DNA of 64,000 nt, from sequence record NC_048170.1; one strand, 5' to 3'. Every line of letters starts with the position of its first letter. The stretch's first letter is position 1. A program made the translations under genes and the position numbers. Shown here piece after piece: positions 26,455 to 37,173 of the stretch. The notes below the pieces were generated by a model that ran no database searches, was not told the origin of the DNA, and was given only the letters and a program-made list of their open reading frames with translations.

Positions 26455-27735
26455 ATGTATACATTGGTAAAAACTTACGGGTTACCCGTAGGTTCTGGCA
26501 CGGCCTGGACAGCGCTTGAGGCGGGTGAAAGTGTCCTGAGTACGTTGTTCTCAACGTATCAAAAACTCAAGATCCAGGTCCACGAAAGCTATGCTGACCA
26601 GCAACAAGTTATTGATCTGTACACATTTCAATCCGAGCTTCAAAACAGCAGCGATACGCTCAATGCGTGGTTGAAAGCGAAATCGGATGCGCATACCAAC
26701 CTTCGAGGACAGCCTGGCGAGCTGTCGATTAAAACCCACAAGCTTTATTGTCACGACGCTATTACTGTAGGCTTTCTCCCTAAAGTCGGTAATAGTGGCT
26801 ATCATCCGAGCAACGCGATCCCTGAGTCGGAACGCACTGATATCCTGTTGACGAAAGCGAATACGAATTACGAAAATATCGGCAAACACTGCTTGTTCAC
26901 CGTAGGCGGTTATGTTCATCCTCACGTCTACGGTAAAGACGTCGGTGTCTATATCCAGGGTGGGTTCAAGACGGCACAGCGCAGCCAAGAAAACGATATC
27001 GGCATGATTGATTTTAGCCGTATCGGGAGTTTGGAAATCCATGCTATCACAGAAGAGATGATTGCTGATTCCACGAAGCTCTTGCCGTATAAGGACGAGA
27101 TGTACTTGCGGTTACCGCGCAAGGTCGCCGAAGATGAAACCGTCGCGCTGGTGTTCGGGGGATATTTACATCTTCTTGACGATTGTTACACGATCGTTAG
27201 CGACACGACAGCGAAAATAAACTGCATTAACATGTTTCTCTATGAACGGTACTTCCGTTCCCGTAAATACCTTGATCTAACATCTCTTGGTATTCTGTTG
27301 AACGAAGAAGACCCACAGTCCGACATTGTTGCCAATCGTTTATTGTCCGATAAAGCATTAAAAGCGTGGGTGACGCATCCTTGCAGTTTCTGGGTGTATA
27401 TCAAAGCAACATCAATTCAGGTTACGCAAGAACCTTTACCACGAAGCGGTGTACCGGGACAGTATTTCTTAGGTAAGAAACCGGAAGGATTGATTCGGGC
27501 CGATCTCGGTGAGTTACCCGCTTACGTGCAGACCTATGAAAAACCGTTATGGGTACTTCACTCGCGCTGGGGACTTCGTAAGAACATGTTGTTTGAAAAT
27601 ACGTTGTACAAACATACGCGCGTTAAGCGACTTAACGATACGCCTTATCTTCACCAGGTCTGGTTGGAAACGCATGCGACGTTGCAGACAGTACACAAGC
27701 TCGAATTGATCGATTCCAGTCAGAAAAACAAATAA
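26455..27735 (+). CDS. Conserved virion structural protein (426 aa; phiKZ gp139-like by synteny)
   Basis: Long ORF divergent from the fibre operon; position matches the phiKZ-like gene order. Confidence 0.7.
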   Translation: MYTLVKTYGLPVGSGTAWTALEAGESVLSTLFSTYQKLKIQVHESYADQQQVIDLYTFQSELQNSSDTLNAWLKAKSDAHTNLRGQPGELSIKTHKLYCHDAITVGFLPKVGNSGYHPSNAIPESERTDILLTKANTNYENIGKHCLFTVGGYVHPHVYGKDVGVYIQGGFKTAQRSQENDIGMIDFSRIGSLEIHAITEEMIADSTKLLPYKDEMYLRLPRKVAEDETVALVFGGYLHLLDDCYTIVSDTTAKINCINMFLYERYFRSRKYLDLTSLGILLNEEDPQSDIVANRLLSDKALKAWVTHPCSFWVYIKATSIQVTQEPLPRSGVPGQYFLGKKPEGLIRADLGELPAYVQTYEKPLWVLHSRWGLRKNMLFENTLYKHTRVKRLNDTPYLHQVWLETHATLQTVHKLELIDSSQKNK

Positions 27736-27745
27736 CCAAACATAA

Positions 27746-27777
27746 CCCTCCTCCAACCCGTAAGGGAAGGAGGAGGG
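27746..27777. terminator. Hairpin family copy between convergent genes
   Basis: ccctcctcc-AA-ccc-GTAA-ggg-AA-ggaggaggg, flanked by CATA and TATG. Confidence 0.85.
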
Positions 27778-27786
27778 AATATGCTG

Positions 27787-28692
27787 TTATGCTACATATA
27801 ACGTCAGATAACCGTCGATGAGCGTATTCATCACACTGAGCTGAAGTACGACAGCTTTACTAACATCTGTACGTACACCGAACGGTAGTGTTTTGAATTG
27901 CTCTGGATCGGCTATTACTTGCGCATTCTGCAAGTTGAGCGGTCCAGGCATTGCTGATAATACCCAGCGATCGTTGACCATAAGGCCGTCGATCTCTTCA
28001 GAGAGACCCAATTGCAGTGCGTTCATTTCTGCGATTAGTGCCTCCGATTGCGTATCGCCTGAGGTTAGCGTATACCCATCGGTAAGCGATGCCAGAACAC
28101 CAGCAGATACGAACCAGTTGTACGAAACAATAGCGCCTGGGAGTTTACTGCTATCTCGATCGATGATATAATTCAACCCAGCCAACATATTGTTGCGAAC
28201 GAGGTTGTTGAGGTCGTTATGTCCTGAGGTTAACTCAACAAGTAACTGACCAACCCATACTTGGTTACCGGGTTTAGGTGTTATCACAACCTGTATCGGT
28301 GACTTGGATTTATCCAGATCCGCGTCGACAATCTCGGTTTTGTTGAGAAGGATACCGTACGTCGATGCTAAGACAGGTAGGATCTCAGAGACCTTGGTTA
28401 GTGCATCTAAGGTTTCGATCTCGATAGGCCAGCGGTGCTGTCCGCCAGACCAAGTACCTAGTTTACCAAGATCGATGCGGTTATAATAGATGTCGACAGA
28501 GTTCACCAGCCCTGAACCCGGTTGGGGATGCACGGTTAACTTGCTGTTACGCTTGTACCCGGTGCTTTCAGAAGCCTCACCGATAACCAGTTTATCCAGC
28601 GTTACGCCTCGAGCATCGAAATCGCTATGCTTTCGAATCAGCCGAAAGAGGATTTCTTTCGATTCTAACCCTAGGATTTCACTGTACTCCAT
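27787..28692 (-). CDS. gp131-like virion protein (301 aa)
   Basis: YYNRIDL and VWVGQLLV family motifs; C-terminal GYLTLY. Confidence 0.8.
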   Translation of the reverse strand: MEYSEILGLESKEILFRLIRKHSDFDARGVTLDKLVIGEASESTGYKRNSKLTVHPQPGSGLVNSVDIYYNRIDLGKLGTWSGGQHRWPIEIETLDALTKVSEILPVLASTYGILLNKTEIVDADLDKSKSPIQVVITPKPGNQVWVGQLLVELTSGHNDLNNLVRNNMLAGLNYIIDRDSSKLPGAIVSYNWFVSAGVLASLTDGYTLTSGDTQSEALIAEMNALQLGLSEEIDGLMVNDRWVLSAMPGPLNLQNAQVIADPEQFKTLPFGVRTDVSKAVVLQLSVMNTLIDGYLTLYVA

Positions 28693-28707
28693 TTAACACC
28701 CCTTAGG

Positions 28708-29592
28708 TTACGGTAGGATTTCTGCGCCCGTCGGGCCTGCCTTACGAGCTTCCAACGCACCAAGGTCGTATTTCAGTGTCAGCGTATCGTTGGTAGTATA
28801 AAGGTTGTGGTAAGTCGAAATCAGATCGGTAACCTGCGCGCCGACGATTTCGTTCATGTCGAAGGCCGAACCTTGACCATCATCAGCACGAACGATTTTA
28901 TCGCCAGCAGAGACCATCCCGATTTCAGAAATAACCGCGTACTCTTCACCACCTTCGGTGAGTTTAGCCACATTGAGATATTCGTTAATATCCCACGGCG
29001 TCCAAACCAAAGAGACTTTACAGCTGTAGTCGTAGTACTCTCCGGTCGCTACCAGAATTCCGGTTGTTGGGATATCCGGTCGGGTGGGGTTGAGGTTCTT
29101 GTCGGTTGGGTGCCATTCGATGGTCTGAGCGACGCCGTCGACGTATTTGGTATAACGCATGGAGCGGACAACGTTATCGAAATCGATGCGACGACCGTAA
29201 TAACAGATATACTTTTTACCGCTTTCCAGTGTCTCAATACGACGTAACCCAAATTTAGCGCGTTCGTCTGTGGTCAAATCGTTACCAACTTCACGCATCA
29301 CGAACGGCTTGATTTTCCACGGTGAAAGATCGCTTGCTTCGTGAGCGATCGGCATCGAGGAAGGGATACCGTTAGCGTTGCGGATGAATTCATGACCTTG
29401 GTTGCCGATACAGAAGTAACGTACAGCAGGATTACCCTCGGGGTAAACCTTTGATTGAATCTGAAGCTTTTCATTCAAGGTGCTGTGTTCTTCCCATGCA
29501 TGAGGAAGACCGAGCGTAAGGTTAGTTTGTACTTGACCGCCGATAATCGTACGGACGATACGATCGGTAGCACGGATTTGTGTAGAAGCCAT
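28708..29592 (-). CDS. Baseplate/virion protein (294 aa; phiKZ gp130-like)
   Basis: YFCIGNQGH, PFVMR and ISEIGMVS pattern; syntenic position. Confidence 0.7.
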   Translation of the reverse strand: MASTQIRATDRIVRTIIGGQVQTNLTLGLPHAWEEHSTLNEKLQIQSKVYPEGNPAVRYFCIGNQGHEFIRNANGIPSSMPIAHEASDLSPWKIKPFVMREVGNDLTTDERAKFGLRRIETLESGKKYICYYGRRIDFDNVVRSMRYTKYVDGVAQTIEWHPTDKNLNPTRPDIPTTGILVATGEYYDYSCKVSLVWTPWDINEYLNVAKLTEGGEEYAVISEIGMVSAGDKIVRADDGQGSAFDMNEIVGAQVTDLISTYHNLYTTNDTLTLKYDLGALEARKAGPTGAEILP

Positions 29593-29608
29593 GTCTTTTC
29601 CTATTTAA

Positions 29609-30460
29609 TCAGTTATATTGCATCAACAGGATACCGCCGTAGTTCGTGCAGTAATCTTGGCTAAGCGTAACGATAACAGCGTTAGCGAACGCAGGGTTAA
29701 CAGGATAACCCTGTGCGATAAGTTCTGTTGTTTTACCGGTTGCAAGCACGGTGGCTCCGTAAAGGTTGTTTTCGTCTTCACGGCCGTTATAAACCCATGG
29801 GGTTGGCGCAACGTTGTTGAATAAGCTAACCAATGCGCTTAAGTTGCCACCAACTTTTAACCCGGCGAGATCGGAACGGATAGCTGTACAGTCTATAGCG
29901 TAACTGTAGACCAATGCCTGGATACGATTTGCGGTGTAGTACGGGAAATTGAGACCGGTCATCACCGTGGACTTCATCATCCCCGCAATATCGCGTGCGC
30001 TATCGAGGAGGTAGAACGTGACACTTCCCGTCCAAGCCAATCCGGTTGTTTTCAACTCTACGGTGTGAGGGAACGGATATTCATCACCTCGTACAATCGG
30101 AGAATCGACGCAGCTATCCTGATCGATAACGATTCCGTACGTTGATTGAATCAGAGGGATAAGATCGTGCGTTGTTCTAACCCCGGCATCGATAGCAAGC
30201 TTCGGTTCCATTCCCAAGAAGAAGTCTTGAATAGGGATACGATCGTACCATACGTAGCTGCTTTCACGGTATTGTGCCGGTGTTACTGTTGCCGAAGGGG
30301 ATACCTTAGCGCGAGTGTTTCGGCTATACGCGTGGTTTCCGTTTTCAGCAACATCCGTGATATCAAGTGCATCGAAGTTAAAGTCGAAGTCAGGATTGGC
30401 TGCCTGAATAAGTTCAGCGACCAGTACTTTAGGACTTTTGTTTAACAATTTCTGACTCAT
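29609..30460 (-). CDS. gp131-like virion protein (283 aa)
   Basis: WYDRIPI and AWTGSV family motifs; C-terminal GGILLMQYN. Confidence 0.8.
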   Translation of the reverse strand: MSQKLLNKSPKVLVAELIQAANPDFDFNFDALDITDVAENGNHAYSRNTRAKVSPSATVTPAQYRESSYVWYDRIPIQDFFLGMEPKLAIDAGVRTTHDLIPLIQSTYGIVIDQDSCVDSPIVRGDEYPFPHTVELKTTGLAWTGSVTFYLLDSARDIAGMMKSTVMTGLNFPYYTANRIQALVYSYAIDCTAIRSDLAGLKVGGNLSALVSLFNNVAPTPWVYNGREDENNLYGATVLATGKTTELIAQGYPVNPAFANAVIVTLSQDYCTNYGGILLMQYN

Positions 30461-30470
30461 TGTTTATTCC

Positions 30471-31406
30471 TTAGCCTTGTTCTTCTGGAGAACGACCCTG
30501 GAGGCTTGCGGTATGTCCGTCGACGTTGTAATAGAAAATCAATGGACCGCCGACGGCAGTACAGTAGTTTTCATCCAGACCGATCTCGATACCGTATTGG
30601 TAACCCGCTCGTGCTGGAATACGTCCGCCTAACTCGCCGTTGAAAGCCACTTTAGCGTTATACAGGTTATACGGTGCTGCGTTGTCGTCTAATACCCAAC
30701 GATCGGCGGTCATTTCAGCCAGAAGATCGGCGACCACCACATCGCTAATGACGGTACCTGTTACCAGCGAAGCTAGCAACTCACCGTAATCAGAAGTATC
30801 GCGACTGTAACTGTAGATCTCACCGCTAGCGCGTACGCCCTGTCCGAAGAACTTAAGACCATCAAGCTCTTTGATCGCGATAATATCATCAAGATTCGGT
30901 ACACGCGATTTCATCAAGATACGAACACTTCCCGTCCAAGCCAGGCAGCTAGATACGACACGGAGCAATTGTCCGTTAACGGTATCCCAGTTAAGTTCGT
31001 CGTTGACAATTTCTTCCGCGGTAAGGCCAAGACCGAAACGTTCTTTGATGATAGGCCAGATATCACGCATCTTGGTGGCGTCTGGCGCATCGATAAGAAT
31101 AGGCGCTACGTTACGCAGATACGCACCGATATTGATACGATCGTAATACAGCGTCGTCGAACCTTCATAATCGTCTAACTCGGTAAGCTTAGCGGTTGCT
31201 GTCGCCGTAATCTGGGTGTCGCGCTCGTAGGCGCTTTGGTTGGTGGTTGGTGTTCCTAAAACCAATAATTCAGGGGTTAGAACATGCTCTCCGTTCTGAG
31301 GTGGGTTATCGTGGTTGATAAGACCATACACGAGATCGGATGAGGGTAAAGAGACGTCGACCGGGTAAAGTTCGGTGTCGTCAATAGTTGTTACCGTATC
31401 ACTCAC
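30471..31406 (-). CDS. gp131-like virion protein (~311 aa)
   Basis: YYDRINI and AWTGSV motifs; GGAGG RBS before GTG at 31406. Confidence 0.8.
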   Translation of the reverse strand: MSDTVTTIDDTELYPVDVSLPSSDLVYGLINHDNPPQNGEHVLTPELLVLGTPTTNQSAYERDTQITATATAKLTELDDYEGSTTLYYDRINIGAYLRNVAPILIDAPDATKMRDIWPIIKERFGLGLTAEEIVNDELNWDTVNGQLLRVVSSCLAWTGSVRILMKSRVPNLDDIIAIKELDGLKFFGQGVRASGEIYSYSRDTSDYGELLASLVTGTVISDVVVADLLAEMTADRWVLDDNAAPYNLYNAKVAFNGELGGRIPARAGYQYGIEIGLDENYCTAVGGPLIFYYNVDGHTASLQGRSPEEQG

Positions 31407-31465
31407 GGTGACCTCCACGCCAGGAATTAATTAAAAAAGACTTTACGATTTGCAGCGCTATCACG

Positions 31466-33877
31466 TTAAGCGTCCTCGATAGGCAAAGGTTTAACAATCA
31501 AACGATTGAGCGGATTCGATAGACGCATACTGATAGGCTTATACGCAACATGATTCGTCTCACTTAGAGCCACTGATCTGAAACGACCGTTCAACTGTTT
31601 GTAAATCGGCTCTATCCAGAGACCTTGAAGATCGCGTTTACGGAAACGTTGTTCGAACGGTTTGATCGGGGTTACGGTCAACCCACGCAACGACTCTGAT
31701 GGCAGACGTTCACGAAGGTCGCGCGGTGCCCGACCTGGGAACGGCGCAAGCCACAACCCGTCAAGCGGATTTTTACGGAAACGTAACGAGATAGGATCAC
31801 TGATGACTTGTGCCCAATATTGCGTACTGAATCGAACGGTTTGGGTGTTCTCGTAACCACTACAATCACACCAGGTTGGTTTCGGAGGCGCTTCCAAACT
31901 TTCAACCGCTGATTCACGCCAGTTCGTCATCGGGTTGTTATCATGCACGAATTTGATAACTTCCGTAGCCTGGTTATCCGTATCATGAACGTTTGCCTGT
32001 GCCCAGTCTTCCCACAGTTCTTCACTACCACTTACTAAACTCGAACCAAGACGGACGGCAATTTTGTTTAGTGGTTTGATTGGATCACTGTTGATTGTCT
32101 GGATAAAATGGATGGTGTAACTGCTCAATGTCTTAAGCAGCTGCAGCATTCCGTATTGAATATCCTTAAGACTGGTGACATCTTCCAAATCTTGACCGGT
32201 GGCCTTTGTGAAGATATCGAGAGCCAGAATTCCCGCCTCTTCTTGACTGATTGCGTCAAGCTCCCAATCCATCGCTAAGAACCATTCCTTGTAAAGCTGC
32301 CCAATACCGAAGTCGACACCAACATCCATGTAAAAGTTTTCAACGATGGCTTCAGCCATACCTCGAGCTTGATAATGCTCTTGGAGCTGGTACATGAACT
32401 GATGACGACGCCAGCCCTGGTAGATCTCGGTAACGGCGGTCAGAAACTCTTCAGTACTGACGACAGCACGCAGCGTCACTTGTTTATCCAAACACCACCA
32501 GATCAGTTTATCGGGAATGATAGCAGGATCGGTAATGCTACGGAGATGGTCGAATGTCGGTAGCGTTAACACCCTGACATGGTTAGCATGGATCTTAGGT
32601 ACTTCAATCAGCGTCATGCCCATCGAATAGTTCAGCAAATACAAGAACAGCTTGTATGCATCTTTCATCGACATCGTCATGGTATCACCCGTCACCGGGT
32701 TGGTTGTCGTTAACCGTGACTGATACATGCCTATTGCGCTAAGATGAATCCATTCATTCAGCAGGAAATCATACTTAGGATACAATTCACTGTCTGTAAG
32801 GTCTTCGGCTTCACTTTCCAACACCTTGGTCGTTAAGGTATTGTTGTCGTGCATCGACATCTTCTCTATCGTGCGGTTAAGCTCGGTATAATACTCCGCT
32901 TCGTTATCCCGCGCTAAAGGGAACTGTTGCTGCATCACGGTGGTGACCTTACGTCTTACCGTGCCATTACCGACGATCTCTTGAAGGTTAAGCGGTTTAC
33001 GCTCCATGTAAACTGCGGGTTTTAACGTTTGGGGTATCTCGGAAGCGTCTTGTTTGATCGAGAACGCACCGATTGGAATCCCACGATCGGTTAATACCTT
33101 TTGAATGAGCTTATCGTAGTTTTCCGTCCTACCCATGTTTCGTTCAACGTAAGCGATGTTACGATAGAACCAGAGCATTTGGGATTCGGTCATGTATCGC
33201 TTGAATCGATCGAGACCTTGATGGCTTGCCAGATAACTCCAGATATGGAAGCTATGGGCATAATGGGTATGACAGTTTTCCCAACGAATACCTTTTATCA
33301 TCTCAGGTATTTGTGTGAATAGAATGGCGTATAGCGCAGGCCAATGAAGCATATCGACGCTCTCATATGCCGGATGTTCCCAGCGTCTGAAGTAATCGTC
33401 GATTTCTTGCTGTAAACGTGGAATAAGATTGGCCTCGCGTGACTCAACCTCTTGTGTATCGTACCAGAGAATCTCGTGATTGCGGGCTGCAATTGCTTTC
33501 TCGATATCGATGGGGTTAAGGATACCCAAGATCAACATACGTTGTTCCGGGTACCGCGCAATTAAACGATTGAAATAATCTCCACCATACGCGTATTCCC
33601 TTGCCGTCATGCGATGCCGTAACATGTTTTCCTTGGTGAACTCGATCTCTTCGAGCGTATCCAGGGAATTTACGGTCATCATTGTCTGACAAGGATGATA
33701 CTCGCCAGCGAGATTCATGTAGTATAACCACGTGCGTGGGTCGTCCCCGACGGCCATCTGGTAGACTTCGGAAACCTTGAGGTTTAACCGTTCTGCCGTG
33801 ATGTCGCTTTTAATAATCAGGGTGTCCGTTAGACGCTGCACGCTTTCCGAATAAAGCTGATAGTCAGTGTTGGACAC
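31466..33877 (-). CDS. Large virion/baseplate protein (~803 aa; phiKZ gp128-like)
   Basis: WLYYMNLAGEYH motif; divergent from the portal as in phiKZ-like phages; GGAGG RBS before GTG at 33877. Confidence 0.8.
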   Translation of the reverse strand: MSNTDYQLYSESVQRLTDTLIIKSDITAERLNLKVSEVYQMAVGDDPRTWLYYMNLAGEYHPCQTMMTVNSLDTLEEIEFTKENMLRHRMTAREYAYGGDYFNRLIARYPEQRMLILGILNPIDIEKAIAARNHEILWYDTQEVESREANLIPRLQQEIDDYFRRWEHPAYESVDMLHWPALYAILFTQIPEMIKGIRWENCHTHYAHSFHIWSYLASHQGLDRFKRYMTESQMLWFYRNIAYVERNMGRTENYDKLIQKVLTDRGIPIGAFSIKQDASEIPQTLKPAVYMERKPLNLQEIVGNGTVRRKVTTVMQQQFPLARDNEAEYYTELNRTIEKMSMHDNNTLTTKVLESEAEDLTDSELYPKYDFLLNEWIHLSAIGMYQSRLTTTNPVTGDTMTMSMKDAYKLFLYLLNYSMGMTLIEVPKIHANHVRVLTLPTFDHLRSITDPAIIPDKLIWWCLDKQVTLRAVVSTEEFLTAVTEIYQGWRRHQFMYQLQEHYQARGMAEAIVENFYMDVGVDFGIGQLYKEWFLAMDWELDAISQEEAGILALDIFTKATGQDLEDVTSLKDIQYGMLQLLKTLSSYTIHFIQTINSDPIKPLNKIAVRLGSSLVSGSEELWEDWAQANVHDTDNQATEVIKFVHDNNPMTNWRESAVESLEAPPKPTWCDCSGYENTQTVRFSTQYWAQVISDPISLRFRKNPLDGLWLAPFPGRAPRDLRERLPSESLRGLTVTPIKPFEQRFRKRDLQGLWIEPIYKQLNGRFRSVALSETNHVAYKPISMRLSNPLNRLIVKPLPIEDA

Positions 33878-33904
33878 GATCGGTCCTCCAAGGAGCCAGT
33901 GTAA

Positions 33905-36814
33905 ATGAACGATATAAATAAAGGGCGCGTCGCCCTCGAACGTCAAATGAGCAATAATGACGTTGCGAAGGCACTCATGAACAAATTTGTCGCTCCTGCT
34001 CCGCAGTCACGTCTTTATAACACACGTGATGCGGAAGGAGCGAACGGTCGTTTCGGGTTAGTTGTTCCCGACCAAATGACGATGAACACGGTTACGCGTG
34101 CGACCGCGACAAACATCGAGGATAATAAAAACATCCTCGAGTTGTTCCCTGAACTTAAACGCGTGATGCAGATCTATGTTGCCGCGTTGACGAACCCTAA
34201 CGATCTTAAGACGGTCGAGATGTTTATCGACAGCGAAGATTTCCCCGGCAGAGTCGCAGAAATCGTTCAGCCGATGATCGATACCATCGACACGCATTTT
34301 AAGAATATCTATAAAATAAAGACGCTTATCCCTCGTATCATCGAAGACGTCTTCTTTATCAAGGGCAGTTATAACTTCGTTGTTCTGCCAGAAAGCACGC
34401 TCGACCGCGCCATTAATGGTAACGGTCAACTGAAACTTGAAGAATACGGTTTTAAAGACAACCATTTTGCAAGCTGGGGACTTTTAGGTAACGACAGTCG
34501 CAAACGCCACGAAAATCAATTACCTGCGACGGTTTCGATGGAAGATTATTTCTCAGGCGTTAATGAAACCATACCGTACGATCCTGTTGTTCGCATAGAC
34601 AGCATTAAATTTACCAATACCCTGCTTCGTGATAAGGACGGTAAATTCATTGAAGCGAAGATCGATATTCCGGATATGGTTACGGTTGTCGATAACCCGG
34701 ATATCCTCCGCATGCCTATTCTGCATCAACGTCGAGCAGCGACAGCAGTGCAGCGTGCGTTACGTGCAAACACGTTAGGAGGTAGTGGTTTGGTAACGCT
34801 GTCAGGTGATCCGACCCTAACCGCTAACCGACGTGAGCTGACGCAAGAGCAGGTTAACGAGATCTGGAATAAACTCAACATCCAGCGTCACACCAAGGTA
34901 TCTCCCGTTTACGCGTTGGCAACCCCAGATACACTCGATCGTCAAAGCGTCGGTCATCCTGGTGTGATGCACGTACCACCTGAGGCATTAGAACCTGTAC
35001 ATGCGCCGGGTGATCCGGAGAACCATATCGGATATTTGGTTCAGTTGGATGAGTTTGGTTATCCGGTGCGTTTGGTTGAAGATGCTGCGTATTACAAGCA
35101 GTTGGAAGGTCGGTTGTCGAAGATCACTGCAGATATCGCGGGCACGTCAAGCAACGGCATGGCGAGCGAGATGATTGGTGCAGCCAAGAACATGATCCAA
35201 GGTACGTCATGTAATCAGGTAGACATGTCGGCCTTCGTATCGTCGTACGAATCGCTGATGCAACGTTACATTGTCGAACGTATCGTTAACGGTTATCTTG
35301 GCAGTGCGGTGGAGATCGGTGCGACATCATCGTTTTATCTGTCGATGCTTGCCCGTAGCCTCGCTCACAAGCAGACCCGTGTTTTGTTTATTCCTCGAGA
35401 GATGGTGACTTACATCGCCTATGAATACAACAAATACGGTATCGGTCGTTCGCTGCTTGAAAGTACGAAGATGATCTCGTCGCAACGAGCCATGCTCATG
35501 GTTCAAGAACTGATGGCAAAAATCAAAAGTTCGTTGAACTATACGACGCTAAGCGTAATGCTTGAAGACACCGACAGAAACCCGGTCGATACCGTCGAAC
35601 AAGCACTGCATAGTTTCGCTCGTGTCTACCAGTCTGGTTTCCCGTTGGGTGAAACTAACCCGATGGATATCATCAACGCGTATGAACGAAGCTCGATTCG
35701 ATTGAAGGTTGAGGGGAATAACCCACGCTTCCCGAAATTGAATACAGACGTCAGTGTTGAGCAGCGTAACTATCAGTCTCCTGATAATGAGCTGATGGAT
35801 CGTTACCGTCGTGACCATTTCATGGGCTTGGGTGTGTCTCCGGAGATTATCGATACTTCCTACCAATCTGAATTCGCAGCTTCTGTGATTACAGCTAACG
35901 CGATGCAAGAGAAACAGTTCACGGTTTGTCGTGAGGTGATCACGAATGGATTATCGGACCACATCAAGAAATATACGGCATACAGTCCCGTGTTGTTGAC
36001 GTCGTTACGAAACACGGTTCGTGCGAACATGTCTAAGCTTTCCCAGGCACAATTGAAGCAGCTTTTTGGTAGCGATTTCGAAAACGGTGTTATCCGTAAC
36101 GTTAACGCCTATCAGGAGATTGACGACCAATCAGCAACAATGGATCTGGATTACACTAAACCAGAAGTCCAGGAAGTTATTGCCGATGCTTATGTGTCCA
36201 TGTTCTTAAACAGCCTGCGTGTGCGTTTACCGGATAGCAATGCTCGTCGCCTTGAAGATCAGGTACGTGAATATAATCAGTACAAGGAAGCGATTACTGC
36301 GCAACTTGATGATTATTTAACGCCTGATTACGTCATGGGTCTGGGTGGGGTTGATGAAACAACGCTGCAGATGATCCGCGCATGCATTATTGGTACCGCG
36401 ATGCGTACGTGGGCAAAAGAGAACAACTTCAATCAGGAGCTGGCTGATCTCTTCAGTCTTGACGATAAGAAGAATGCCGTGCAAGATTGGAAACGTATGT
36501 CCATGGAACATATTGAAGTCATGGGTAAATGCATGGGTGATTTTGCATTGTATATTCAGAATCTGACGAAGAAGATTGAAGAGAAGATGGGAGCTCAAGC
36601 ACAGGACGGTAGCGTTTCATCTGATGGTTCGTGGTCATCCGATTCAAGTAGCGATACCGGTTCTTCTGATGACTTCGGTGGCGGTGACGATTTCGGAGAT
36701 ACCGATTTCGATACCGAAACGATGGAGGAAACCTCAACAGAAGAAACAACCACATCTGAGGAAACGACTACCGACACAACGTCAGAAGACGACACTTCAG
36801 GTGGCGTTGTCTAA
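33905..36814 (+). CDS. Portal protein (phiKZ gp129-like)
   Basis: 969 aa; PGDPENHIGYLVQLDEFGYP and GIGRSLLE segments; acidic low-complexity tail; syntenic position. Confidence 0.8.
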   Translation: MNDINKGRVALERQMSNNDVAKALMNKFVAPAPQSRLYNTRDAEGANGRFGLVVPDQMTMNTVTRATATNIEDNKNILELFPELKRVMQIYVAALTNPNDLKTVEMFIDSEDFPGRVAEIVQPMIDTIDTHFKNIYKIKTLIPRIIEDVFFIKGSYNFVVLPESTLDRAINGNGQLKLEEYGFKDNHFASWGLLGNDSRKRHENQLPATVSMEDYFSGVNETIPYDPVVRIDSIKFTNTLLRDKDGKFIEAKIDIPDMVTVVDNPDILRMPILHQRRAATAVQRALRANTLGGSGLVTLSGDPTLTANRRELTQEQVNEIWNKLNIQRHTKVSPVYALATPDTLDRQSVGHPGVMHVPPEALEPVHAPGDPENHIGYLVQLDEFGYPVRLVEDAAYYKQLEGRLSKITADIAGTSSNGMASEMIGAAKNMIQGTSCNQVDMSAFVSSYESLMQRYIVERIVNGYLGSAVEIGATSSFYLSMLARSLAHKQTRVLFIPREMVTYIAYEYNKYGIGRSLLESTKMISSQRAMLMVQELMAKIKSSLNYTTLSVMLEDTDRNPVDTVEQALHSFARVYQSGFPLGETNPMDIINAYERSSIRLKVEGNNPRFPKLNTDVSVEQRNYQSPDNELMDRYRRDHFMGLGVSPEIIDTSYQSEFAASVITANAMQEKQFTVCREVITNGLSDHIKKYTAYSPVLLTSLRNTVRANMSKLSQAQLKQLFGSDFENGVIRNVNAYQEIDDQSATMDLDYTKPEVQEVIADAYVSMFLNSLRVRLPDSNARRLEDQVREYNQYKEAITAQLDDYLTPDYVMGLGGVDETTLQMIRACIIGTAMRTWAKENNFNQELADLFSLDDKKNAVQDWKRMSMEHIEVMGKCMGDFALYIQNLTKKIEEKMGAQAQDGSVSSDGSWSSDSSSDTGSSDDFGGGDDFGDTDFDTETMEETSTEETTTSEETTTDTTSEDDTSGGVV

Positions 36815-36845
36815 ACGGATATAAAAAAAAATAACACATAGTTAA

Positions 36846-36880
36846 CCTTCTCCCCAACCCGATGAGGGAAGGGGAGAAGG
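36846..36880. terminator. Hairpin family copy between convergent genes
   Basis: ccttctcccc-AA-ccc-gatga-ggg-AA-ggggagaagg. Confidence 0.85.
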
Positions 36881-36897
36881 GCTATGCGCTATTTAAT

Positions 36898-37173
36898 TTA
36901 TTTCGAGGTTAACCACGATTCAATTGTGGTGAGTTTGCTTCTCAGTACGCGCCAACTAGGGTGTGGTGGGATCACAGCGCCATTGTCGATTACGGTTAGC
37001 TGAACCTGGTACTTCTGTTGCATACGTGCTACCGTGTCGCTTATCGAGAGGAAAAGCTGGTAACGTTCATATGCCGTCAGTTCACTGTCCTGTTGAACTG
37101 CGTTGGCTGCTAACGTAATTTCGCGTAAGTCCTTTGCATCCACAGAGACGGTAATGAGTTTATATTGACTCAT
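36898..37173 (-). CDS. Hypothetical protein (91 aa)
   Basis: AAGGA RBS; ends next to a hairpin. Confidence 0.7.
   Translation of the reverse strand: MSQYKLITVSVDAKDLREITLAANAVQQDSELTAYERYQLFLSISDTVARMQQKYQVQLTVIDNGAVIPPHPSWRVLRSKLTTIESWLTSK

Noticed and set aside
36590-36814. S/D/T/E-rich portal C-terminus
   Set aside because: Acidic low-complexity tails are, to my recollection, usual in this portal family; not treated as novel.
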